A stretch of DNA of 50,357 nt, filler included, from Catajapyx aquilonaris (GCA_000934665.2; 2 parts of 2 records of this genome joined end to end with filler, not necessarily neighbours in it), one strand, 5' to 3'. Shown: positions 37,998 through 49,203, numbered from the whole stretch's first letter. Translations and numbers: made by a program. Notes: generated by a model from the letters alone, not told the origin.

Positions 37998-38100
37998 GTA
38001 CGTGGCTATTTATATCACATAATAGAGTTTTCTTTTTTGATATCGAAATTTACTTCGCGTTTTAATATAGCTAAGTATTTACCACTTGTGTCCGACAACA

Positions 38101-38923
38101 ATGGCGAAGATACTGGGACTGATTGTTGCGACACTGGTCGTGGCATCGGTTGCGTCTCTTGATGCCCCAGCTGATAAGACACGTCGTGAAGCGGGACATG
38201 CTCCAGTCGGACATGTTGGAGTTGGACAATCTCACAACAGTAGTAAGCCGCAGATGGCAGCGAAAAGACTGTGGCCTAAAGTGTCTGCTCTTTCCCAAGG
38301 GGTTAACCACTTCGGTACTTCCAGGTACTCCTTAGGTACCTTACTCTTTGGTACTCCTTGAAATTGGTACTTCAGTGTACGCTTTACAGTCGAGTGGTTA
38401 ACCCCTTGCTCTTTCCTAACCGCAGAGTAAACAACGTCCATTATTTTTCAGAGCTATGCAAGCCCCCCTACATGAACCTGGGCGGAGGTTGCTACTTTTT
38501 CGTCAAGCGGCGGAAGAATTGGTGGCAGGCTCAGGAGTACTGCAGGGGTCAGAGTGGAAAGCTGGTCACCATTGACTCTGCAACTGAAAACAAGAACATT
38601 CAGGATTATTTGAAGTGTAAGACTTGCACCACCTATAGAGAGCTCAGAATAATTCAAAACACATTCTGCAATGACAAAGTTTGTGAACTTTTACAGCAAG
38701 CGGTGGTTATGAAATCTTCTTCGCCGGTGGCTACGACTTAGGTCACGAAGGCACCTGGTATTGGGAGTCAACCAGGACGCACATGGTTTATGATGACTGG
38801 TATCAGAACGAACCCAATAATGCATTTGGGAATGAAAATTGCATGGTTCTGGAAAGTACTTTCCGGTATCAATGGAACGATAGGCCCTGCACTGACCTGT
38901 TTTCATTTATCTGCGAAGCTTAG
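38101..38923 (+). CDS. Secreted single-domain C-type lectin CTL1 (EPN/WND), 177 aa
   Basis: Exons 38101-38242, 38452-38616, 38697-38923 with GT-AG phase-1 introns. Signal peptide; CYFF..NWWQAQEYC..LVTI; DDWYQNEPNN..ENC..WND..C..FICE. Confidence 0.92.
38296..38408. mobile_element. 113-bp MITE in a CTL1 intron (8-bp TSD; hAT or P superfamily type)
   Basis: 16-bp TIR CAAGGGGTTAACCACT / AGTGGTTAACCCCTTG, TSD CTCTTTCC, internal GGTAC repeats. The CTL3 intron is exactly 121 bp (113+8) shorter. Confidence 0.93.
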
Positions 38924-39607
38924 TAATGATGAAACGATCGAATATTTTGGGACTTGGACCATACAATCTTACAATTTCAAGCACAATCGCTACTGTGTAA
39001 AAATAATAATAATAAAAGAATTACATTTATTGTTACAGAAGCTGTTGCATTGGTGTCCATAATAATAATTACACTCCTAATACCCTACTGTAATAATTAC
39101 ATTAAGTAGGCTACGGGGAATATAGGAAAAGAGTGGTAAAATAGAAGTGGTCCCCGTTGTTTTACCGCCAGATTCTGAAATTCTGAAGTTCGGAGAGATA
39201 AGTCCTGCCAGGGGGCCCCGCTTATCCTACCAGCCAACAGAAACTACTTGGCAAAACACCCAATTTCAATTTTAGCATCTTAACACATTAGGGGACTCTA
39301 GGCCAATCACTTCTGGAGGCCCTTTTTCAATATTGACTTAATTACCAAATTTTGGCAATAATAATTAGCCAATTTTGGGACCCTCTTGGGATTGATGCTC
39401 TGGGCCCTACAATTCAATACTGGCTTTTAAATGTAAAAAAAAATCCAATACAAATTCGCCAATTTGGGGCCCCCTGTTTCGGTCGGGGGCCTGGGCCATG
39501 TTGGCCCAATTGCGGTCATTTATGGCTGCATCACGGCCCCGTTGGTCCATCCGTTTAACCATCCGTTCTTCCCAGGCCTGTCCGTTAACTATGCACTGCA
39601 AGGGCGT

Positions 39608-40019
39608 GGACAAACTTCAAGTGTCGTTTTATAACGGCTATTAATAGAAGCGCTTTACGATTGACGTAGCAGCGACGTGTAAAATGCCCCACTGCGGCGC
39701 CATCGAAAATATTAGCTGCCAATATTAGCGTACATGTAATGAACCTGCTGCAACGAGTGCAAACACATGCGGCACCAATGCCAATCCGGCAGTCCACAAA
39801 GAAGGCATTTCACCCAGGCGCATCTCAGATCATAATTATTATGAGCACCTACTTTTTTTCCAGGTCAACCCAGCAGCAGGGTTGATAACACGTTGTGTGC
39901 TGCTATTGGCAGCTAATATTTTCGATGGCGCCGAAGTGGGTCATTTTACACGTCGCTGCTACGTCATCGCAAAATCACTGCTCTTAATCGCCGTTATAAA
40001 ACGACACTTGAAGTTGTCC
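39608..40019. mobile_element. Fold-back/MITE element with about 120-bp terminal inverted repeats
   Basis: 39608-39730 and 39899-40019 are diverged reverse complements. No clear TSD. Confidence 0.75.
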
Positions 40020-40109
40020 TTATGTGGAGGTCATTATGTGAAGCATGTAGCAAGATCCAGGAGATGGCACGCACGGTATACGGAGCAAATCCGCCAAAAT
40101 GTTGATCAT

Positions 40110-40370
40110 CCCCTCACAACCACCCAACCGCCCACTGACCCCTACTTCCCAACCCCCACATCACTTCCGCCCACCTCGTCATCGGTGTTGAATGTTGCAT
40201 CAGTCCGCAGAGATGGTTTTCTTATCAGCCAGTAGACCACTCAACCCCTCCTACCTCCTTTTGAACCATGTGCTTTTAACAATATATGTCAGTGTAGGAT
40301 GCGTTCTCATATCCTCATCGGTAGCGGTGACGTCACTAATGGATGTTTAGTAACCGGATGGTTTACGGCG
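40110..40370 (+). mobile_element. Internal fragment of the Helitron-like element at 43233-43919
   Basis: Collinear similarity to 43610-43877. Confidence 0.7.
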
Positions 40371-40444
40371 CCGTTTTGGACACACAATTTGAACATAACT
40401 ATATTTTCGGCTTAAATTTTTTGTGCAATCCATTGCTTTGTTGA

Positions 40445-40684
40445 TAAGGGTGGGTAATGTGAGAGCCACCGGCCCCTACCGGTCATATGACGGGGGGGAC
40501 GATCATGCGCACTCTTCCCCTAGCTTGAGCTGGGGGGTGGGGGGGGGGGATCGATAGGATTCAGTATGTAGCCAGCTGGCATATAATATATTCGTTGGAA
40601 TAAACCAAGGTTGCTCTGATTTCTAAGTGTTATCTGTTCTGTGAGGTACCAAGGGCGGCCCCGGGGCGAACAGGGGCCGTCACA
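40445..40684 (+). mobile_element. Probable 3' LTR remnant with polypurine tract
   Basis: Purine-rich AAGGGTGGGTAA immediately before TGTGAGAGCC (40458). Ends GGCCGTCACA (40684), an imperfect terminal inverted repeat; internal TATA-like and AATAAA motifs. Confidence 0.5.
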
Positions 40685-41350
40685 ATAGCAATCGCTCTTA
40701 TCTCTCCTCCTTGTCGTCAGGAACAGCTGCTGTCAATAGCCCATTCCATGAATTTCTTCGATAAGTTGTATTTCATTGTACTTGCAATAAGTTATTTCAT
40801 TTTAAATTCAATGATGCCCACTCTTGTTGGCATAGGGTGTTCCAGATGGTCAACAGGTACTTTCTTCTTTCATGCTCAGAATTTTTTTGAATTTTTCGCT
40901 CCCAACTAACATTTTTGTGATAAAAGAAGCCGCCTTTGTGTTGAGCTGTACGACTTATCTTGTTCAAGAGATAGATTGACAGCTACGGTTTTTTTTACAC
41001 TTTATACACATTATGGCCTCACTCCAATAAAGAAATACATTACAATTGGCATAACATATTTTTCGCAGAACGATACATGTTTTAACCACGGGAATATTAT
41101 ATAATAATCGATCTAATCAGTACCGTATGTTCTGGTCACGCACGTCATCAGTAATGCTCCTGCAGATATATATGGAGGTGCAGGCAGTGTTACTGTTGCT
41201 TAGCCAACGTCAGGTCAGAGATTAAGGTTCTCTTCTACAGTATATTGGTAAGTGGCTATTTATATCACATCGTATAGTTTTCTTTTTTGATATCGAAATT
41301 TACTTCGCGTTTTAATATAGCTAAGTATTTACCACGTGTGACCGACAACA

Positions 41351-42172
41351 ATGGCGAAGATACTGGGACTGATTGTTGCGACACTGGTCGTGGCATCGGT
41401 TGCGTCTCTTGATGCCCCAGCTGATAAGACACGTCGTGACGCGGGACATGCTCCAGTCGGACATGTTGGAGTTGGACAATCTCACAACAGTAGTAAGCCG
41501 CAGATGGCAGCGAAAAGACTGTGGCCTAAAGTGTCTGCTCTTTCCCAAGGGGTTAACCACTTCGGTACTTCCAGGTACTCCTTAGGTACCTTACTCTTTG
41601 GTACTCCTTGAAATTGGTACTTCAGTGTACACTTTACAGTCGAGTGGTTAACCCCTTGCTCTTTCCTAACCGCAGAGTAAACAGCGTCCATTATTTTTCA
41701 GTATGCAAGCCCCCCTACATGAACCTGGGCGGAGGTTGCTACTTTTTCGTCAGACGGCCGAAGAATTGGTGGCAGGCTCAGGAGTACTGCAGGGGTCAGA
41801 GTGGAAAGCTGGTCACCATTGACTCTGCTACTGAAAACAAAAACATTCAGGATTATTTGAAGTGTAAGACTTGCACCACCTATAGAGAGCTCAGAATAAT
41901 ATTCAAAACACATTCTGCAATGACAATGTTTGTGAACTTTTACAGCAAGCGGTGGTTATGACATCTTCTTCTCCGGTGGCTACGACTTAGGTCACGAAGG
42001 CACCTGGTATTGGGAGTCAACCAGGACGCAGATGGTTTATGATGACTGGTATCAGTACTATCCCTATAATCAATATGGGAATGGAAATTGCATGGTTCTG
42101 GATTATTCTTACCAGTATCAATGGAACAGTAGGCCCTGCACTGACCAGTATGCATTTATCTGCGAAGCTTAG
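41351..42172 (+). CDS. Secreted C-type lectin-like protein CTL2 (YPY/WNS), 176 aa
   Basis: Exons 41351-41492, 41702-41863, 41946-42172. Intact frame, all structural Cys retained; DDWYQYYPYNQYGNGNC..DYSYQYQWNS. Confidence 0.92.
41546..41658. mobile_element. Same 113-bp MITE at the equivalent intron position of CTL2
   Basis: Same TIRs and CTCTTTCC TSD; nearly identical to 38296-38408. Confidence 0.93.
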
Positions 42173-43232
42173 TAATGATGAAACGATCGAATATTTTGGG
42201 ATTTGGACCATACAATCTTACAATTTCAAGCACAATCGCTACTGTGTAAAAATAATAAATAAAAGAATTAAATTTATTGTTGCAGAATCTGTTGCATTGG
42301 TGTCCATAATAATTACACTCCTAATACCCTACTGTAATAATTACATTAAGTAGGCTACGGGGAATAGGAAATGGTCGGTAAAATACGAGTGGGGCATCCC
42401 CGTTGTTTTACCGCCGGATTCTGAAATCTTCCGAAGGAAATGGCGTCCAGAAAATATTTTTGACGAGGATAGAATCATGTGATACCCTGGTGGACATATG
42501 AAGCACTGTGTACATTGTGGGTCATCAAGCGATTGAATTATGCTGGAAGCATTGTGGAAATTTAGGCAGTGTCCGTAGATAACATGCTGATGCATTATGA
42601 GGAGTCTTCGGAGGTGCAGTTGGCAGGTCTGTTTCATTATTGAATGCAAGCAGACGTATTGTTGAGCAATGGATATGCTCAGTGCTCTTTGTCTCGAGGG
42701 TTGAATTTGGGCCTCTCGAGGACCGAACGTATCTCTTTGCATCGTTTCGCTCCCCGGCCATTGTATGTTTTTGGTCCGACAAGGTAGGTGAGGTTGTTTG
42801 GCAGTAACTGTACGCCGGGGTGGCTTATAGTACTCGCAAAACTCATATTGGGATGTGCCTTTAGTTTTTGGCTCCGTTGCGTATAGTTAATGCGAACGGC
42901 GCCTTTAAAATGTAGAGGGCCGAATGGCAAAATACGACCGGTAAAAACAACAAAGTGCACGGGTATCGTACCCGGATTCTTACTCTGACGGGATTTGATC
43001 GCCTATTTCACGTGGACGATGTGTTAGGGGACCAAGGCAAGGGACCGGATGCCCTCGAACTGACTTTTGCTTCTCTAAAGCTGGCGGAATGAACTTGACA
43101 TCACGGAACTTTGACGGTGACGTATGCATTAACTACGGAACGGATCCCAAAACTAATTGCACATCTCGATATTAGTTTTACGAATAATATCATTCTACAT
43201 GGCGATTGTCCACGAGTTTCCCTTCACCCTGC

Positions 43233-43919
43233 ATAAAGCCCCCAAAATAGGTATAGGATATAGGAGGATGGAAAAGATTTCAAACTTCCCGGTGTCGCAG
43301 ATATCTCGGAGTTCCACCGTTGGATTCCTTGCCCCCGAATTAGTGATGCCAAAAATCCTCATAATCGCAAATTTCCCAGCCGTTTTTGAGATAGCGCAAA
43401 AATACGGCTCGTCCAATCAGGAGCCAACTGTTGGAATCCCTGCCACTACCCCCCACCCTTCAACCCCTCTCCCCATCTTCTCTCCCACCGGTCCGCACCC
43501 CGTAATTTCCGCTGTGGATTGCATCATAATAATTGTGCGTCACATTGTCCCTCACCTCCCACCTCCCACCCACGCAACTCCAGGCCCATCATCCTCCGAG
43601 ATGTTGGGCCCCTCACAACCACCCAACACCCATTGACCCCCACTTCCCAGCCCCCCACCTCCCTCCCACGCTACTTCCGCCCACCTCGTCATCGGTGCAT
43701 CATCCACTCATCAGTCCGCAGTGATGGTTTTTTAGCAGCCAGCAGAACACTCACCCCTCCAACTTCCTTTTGAACCACGTGCTTTGAACAATACGTCAGT
43801 GTAGGATGCGTTCGCATACTCCTCATCGATAGCGGTGACGTCACTAATCGAGGTTTCGTAACTGGATGGCTTACGGCAAAGTGAGGCGAAGCCCCACGTG
43901 GGTGCATATATTTTTGTAG
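43233..43919 (+). mobile_element. Non-autonomous Helitron-like element
   Basis: 5' part similar to the 31.4-31.56 kb element. The 3' end has a hairpin GCCCCACGTGGGTGC (43891-43905) about 10 nt before GTAG|T, a variant of the CTRR end. Confidence 0.6.
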
Positions 43920-44204
43920 TCGTTGGTGAGGACTGGAAGTATTGTTGGAGAGTTGTTTCAACTCCATTGTTGCCAGTGGTCAATCTAATGCAGATTGCAT
44001 TGCTGGGTGAGTACGGCTGTTTCTGTTGTCGCTTTCGTCTGATGTTCAGACGAAGAGACGTCAAATCCTAATTAGGATTGACAGGTTCGTGATAGGCGAG
44101 TTATTTTAACTCGCAGTAAAGTGGGCTTTGTCCGGTAATTGGATTTAGTTCTGGATGTAGTTAACATCCAGATAGTCCAGATGGTTCTGGAGGACGAACT
44201 CTAC

Positions 44205-44434
44205 CTGGGGGGTGGGGGACCGATACGATTCAGTCTGTAGCCAGCCTGCATATATATTTGTTGGAATATATATTCCAACAAATATACGTATATGCAGGCT
44301 GGATAGGCTGGATAGGCTGGAGAGATAACTTAGAAATCATAGCAACCTTAATTGGTACAAGGTTGCTATGATTTCTAAGTTATCTGTTCTGCGATGTACC
44401 AGGGGCGGCCCAGAGGCGAACAGGGGCCGGCACA
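44205..44434 (+). mobile_element. Second copy of the LTR-like remnant, upstream of CTL3, with templated inverted insertions
   Basis: Similar to 40530-40684 and has the same right junction (CACA|ATAG). Confidence 0.55.
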
Positions 44435-45139
44435 ATAGTAATCCGGCGCTCTTATCTCCTCATTGTCAACAGGAACAGCTGCTGCTTTCAATAACTCATT
44501 CCATGATTTTCTTCGATAACATTGCAATTTATTGTACTTGCAATAAATTATTTCATTTTAAATTCACTGATGCCCACTCTTGTTGGAATAGGGTGTTCCA
44601 GATGGTCAACATTTACTTTCTTCTTTTATTCTCATCAGAATTATGTATTTTGCCTAAGTTGTCACTCCCAACATTGTTGTGATAAAAGGATCCGCCTTTA
44701 TTGTGTTGGGCTGTGCGACTTATCTTGTTCAAGAGATATATTGACAGCTACAGTGTTGGAAATATATTTATATATTTACACTTTATTCACATTATTGGCC
44801 CCACTGCAATAAAGAAATATATTACAATTATTGGCATAACATATTTTTCGCAGAACCATAATATGTTTTAACCACGGGAATATTATAATAATCGATCTAA
44901 TCAGTACCGTATGTTCTGGTCACGCACGTCATCAGTAGCCTAATGCTCCTGCAGATATATATGGAGGTGCAGGCAGTGTTACTGTTGCTTAGCCAACGTC
45001 AGGTCAGAGATTAAGGTTATCTTCTACAGTATATTGGTAAGTGGCTATTTATATCACATAATATAGTTTTCTTTTTTGATATCGGAATTTACTTCGCGCT
45101 TTAATATAGCTTAGTATTTACCACTTGTGACCGACAACA

Positions 45140-45826
45140 ATGGCGAAGATACTGGGACTGATTGTTGCGACACTGGTCGTGGCATCAGTCGCGTCTCCAG
45201 ATGCTCCAGCTGATAAGACACGTCGTGAAGTGGGACATGTTGAAGTTGGACACTCTCACAGCAATAGTAAGCAGCAGATGGCGGCGAAAAGACTGTGGCA
45301 TAAATTGTATGGTCTTTCCTAACAGCAGAGTAAACAATGTCCATTATTTTTCAGAGCTATGCAAGCCCCCATATATGAACCTGGGCGGAGGTTGCTACTT
45401 TTTCGTCAGGCGGCCGAAGAATTGGTGGCAGGCTCAGGAGTACTGCAGGGGTCGGAGTGGAAAGCTGGTCACCATTGACTCTGCTACTGAAAGCAAGAAC
45501 ATTAAGGATTATTTGAACTGTAAGACTTGCACCACCTGCAGAGAGCCCAGAATAATTCAAAACACATTCTGCAATGACAATGTTTGTGATCTTTTACAGC
45601 AAACAGTAATAAGGAAAACTACTTCGCCGGTGGCTACGACTTAGGTCACGAAGGCACCTGGTATTGGGAGTCAACCAGGACGCAAATGGTTTATGATGAC
45701 TGGTATCAGTACTATCCCTATGATCAATATGGGAATGAGCATTGCATGGTTCTGGATTGTTCTTTCCAGTATCAATGGAGCAGTAAGGCTTGCACTAACC
45801 TGTATGCATTTATCTGCGAAGCTTAG
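45140..45826 (+). CDS. Secreted C-type lectin-like protein CTL3 (YPY/WSS), 172 aa
   Basis: Exons 45140-45266, 45355-45519, 45600-45826. Intact frame; DDWYQYYPYDQYGNEHC..QWSSKAC. Confidence 0.92.
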
Positions 45827-46689
45827 TAATGATGAGACTATCGAATATTTTGGGATTTGGACCATACAATCTTACAATTTGAAGAACAATCGCTACTGTG
45901 TAATAAAAATAAATTAAAGCATTAAAATGATTGTTGCAGAAGCTGTTGCATTGGTGTACATATAATTACTCTCCTAATACTGGAGTAATTACATTAAGTA
46001 GGCTACAGTGTGAAAAACATGTAAGCCTACATCCCAAGTTGGATAATAGTAATCGCTCTTATCTCCGCCTTGTCATCAAGAGCAGCTGCTCCCAATAACT
46101 AATTCAATGAATAAATATTCGATAACGTTGCATTTTATTGTACATGCAATAAATTATTTCATTTAAAATTCAATGATGCCCACTCTTGTTGGCATAGGGT
46201 GTTCCAGATGGTCAACACTTACTGTCTTCTTTCATTCTCAGAATTTTTTCTTATTTCCAACAGAACAGGAAGTACTTATAAAACGTCTTACAAGTTAGTG
46301 ATATAAGGATCCGCCTATCATCTTGTTGCTTACTTGGAATATTGACACCAGGTATTATTCCTTCACATGCCTTGCACCCTCAGCTTCTGCAGAGAAAAAT
46401 GCACAACAGACTTACATAATCTTCCAAGGATAATATACATTGCGTCAAGGTGACTGCAATTAAAATAGGTCTAATGAAAAGGCACGTTGGAAATAAAATT
46501 CCTCCTGATATCCACAGACGCTGTCAGTGTTGGCTTATCGGCAAGTCAGATCACTTTCTCTCCTATAATATTGGCAAGTCATATTATCACAGTGAGTAAC
46601 TAGTCAGTTGGTTATCATTGTATACACTTATTCAACCCATTAGTGCTTGAATATAACTGAGCATTTGTCACTATAGGGACTTTACGATC

Positions 46690-47323
46690 ATGGCGAATGT
46701 TCTGGGACTGATTGTTGTTACACTGGTTGTGGCATCAGTTGCCTTTCCAGATGATAAGTCACGTCGTGAAGTGGGACATGATCCATTCGGAGGAGCTCAC
46801 ATCAGGAGTAAGTTGCCACAGGAGTAGATCTTGGCACATAATGATATTAATAATAATTTTTCAGTATCATGCAGGCGCCCCTACATGAACCTGGGGAATG
46901 GATGCTACCAATTCATAAATAATGAGAAGCTGAACTGGTGGCAGGCTCAGGAGTCCTGCAGGGTCAAGGGTGGACAGCTGGTCACCATAGACTGTGACAA
47001 TGAAAACAAATTCATCCAGCAGCATCTGAGAGGTAAGAGATGGTGAAGTCATGTATCTATAAATAACGAGATGTATGTTAACTCTTACAGACAACTATGA
47101 CGAAAACTTCTGGACTGGTGCCTATGACATGGGTCACGAAGGCACCTGGTTTTGGGAGGCAACACGAATGCAGATGGTTTATGATGACTGGTGGCCAGGA
47201 AATCCAGATAATTTTAATGGGGATGAAAATTGCTTTGTTATGGAGTCTGACTTGAAGTATCTGTGGAACGACAGGAACTGCTCTGGAGAGTTTGCATTTA
47301 TCTGCGAAGCTGCGTACTGGTGA
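46690..47323 (+). CDS. Secreted C-type lectin CTL4 (NPD/WND), 172 aa
   Basis: Exons 46690-46807, 46865-47032, 47091-47323; FWTG..DDWWPGNPDNFNGDENC..WND. Confidence 0.93.
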
Positions 47324-48551
47324 AAGGATGGAATGTTGGAGCTTGGACCATACATATGTTAACAATACATTTCGAAGACAATATATGTATAGAAAATCAC
47401 AATAAATGAATGCATTGAAATTATTGCGCAGAAGCTATTGCATTATTCATGTCCACACAAATGAAATGACACTCCCTAATTTTTTAATAATAATTACATT
47501 GAGTACACTGTGAAATCCAATAATCATATATCGCAAGTGATAAATCAGTTACAAAATGGCAATCACTCTCATATCTTAATTGTCGTCAGAAACAGATGCT
47601 GTCAATTCCCTTCCAGGAATACTTTTTTAATACTGTCGCATTTTATTGAATATGAAATAATATAAATTTATATTCACTGATGCCGACTCTTGTTTGAATA
47701 TGGCTATCCAGATGCTCACCCTCAGAATAATTTTGCCTTGTTTCAGCCAGAACAGGAAGTACTTGTAAATCATACAGTAGTTAGCATATTGTGATTATTA
47801 TTGAAGGACAATAAATTATGTGTAAACCATTATGTGTAAAACATAACAATAAATGAATACATTAAAATTATTATTTCAGAAGCTTCGGGAATTTGTTGTC
47901 CAAATGTCCATACATAATTACACTCCTAATCTAATTACTTCAAGTACGCCGTGAGAGCAAATAAAAATGTAGGCTACCCCAAGTGATGGATCAGTTACTT
48001 AATGGTAATCACTCTCATCCTCATAATTTCGCCTTACTGGCGCCACAAAAGCTCTCAAAAACTCTTGAGATACAATGGCATGTGTCTATCATCTTGTTGC
48101 TTACTACGAATATTAACAACAGGTATTATTACTGCATATGCCTTGCCGGCTCACCTTCTGGAATGGGAAATGCAAAATAGGTTTTTGCATAATCTCCCAA
48201 GAATAAAGAAAGATATGATGAGTCATGGTTACTGTAATAAAAATATACATTACACATTTGTAACGCATGTTGAAAATAAATCGATCCTGATATCCACAGA
48301 TGCTGTCAGTGTAGGCTCGTCGGCAAGTCAGATCATTTTCTCTCCTAATATTGGTAAGTCATATCACAGTGAGTCAGTCGGTACACTTATTCTACCCATT
48401 AGTGAGTGCTCATGTTATTACCATTTATTACACAAGTTAGATCAAAGAATTTCAGAAAATTTTAAAACAAAAAAAAAACTTATCTATTGGGCCTTCACGT
48501 TTCAATGTAGCTCCAATTTGCTCCTAGAAGACCTTTTATTCACGGACAACA

Positions 48552-49203
48552 ATGGCGAAGATACTGGGACTGATTGTTGCGACTCTGGTAGTGGCATCAG
48601 TTGCGTCTCCAGATGCTCCAGCCCATAAGTCACGTCGTGAAGTGGGACATGACCCATTCGGAGGAGCTCACATCAGGAGTAAGTTGCCACATCAGTAGAT
48701 TCCGGCATTATCATCATCATTATCATTTTTCAGCATCATGCAAGCCCCCCTACATGAACCTGGGGGAAGGTTGCTACTTATTCATAAATGATGAGAGGTT
48801 GAATTGGTGGCAGGCTCAGGAGTACTGCAGGGTCAAAGGTGGAAAGCTGGTCACCATAGACAATGCAAATGAAAACACAAACATTAAGCAGTATCTGTAC
48901 GGTAAGACTTGCCATTGTGCATGGCTTATAATAATTACAAAAAAGGTGCAGTTAAAATGAATAACTATTACAGATAACTATTACGAAAACTTCTGGACCG
49001 GTGGCTACGACATGGGTCACGAAGGCGCCTGGTTTTGGGAGGCAACTCGACTGCAGATGGATTTCAATGACTGGCCTCAGGGACAACCCGATAATCAAAG
49101 AGGTGATGAAAATTGCATGGTTATGGAGTCTTGGGTCCGGTTCGAGTGGAACGACAGGAACTGCAAGGGAGAGTATCCATTTATCTGCGAAGCTGCGTAC
49201 TGA
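48552..49203 (+). CDS. Secreted C-type lectin CTL5 (QPD/WND), 174 aa
   Basis: Exons 48552-48678, 48734-48901, 48974-49203; FWTG..NDWPQGQPDNQRGDENC..WND. Confidence 0.93.

Noticed and set aside
48002..48628. 208-aa ORF upstream of CTL5
   Set aside because: Crosses promoter, UTR intron and an out-of-frame part of the exon; homologous regions of the paralogs are not open.
38101..49203. Diversity-generating retroelement acting on C-type lectin folds
   Set aside because: No reverse transcriptase or template/variable repeat pair is present; these are intron-containing eukaryotic paralogs whose differences fit duplication, conversion and selection.
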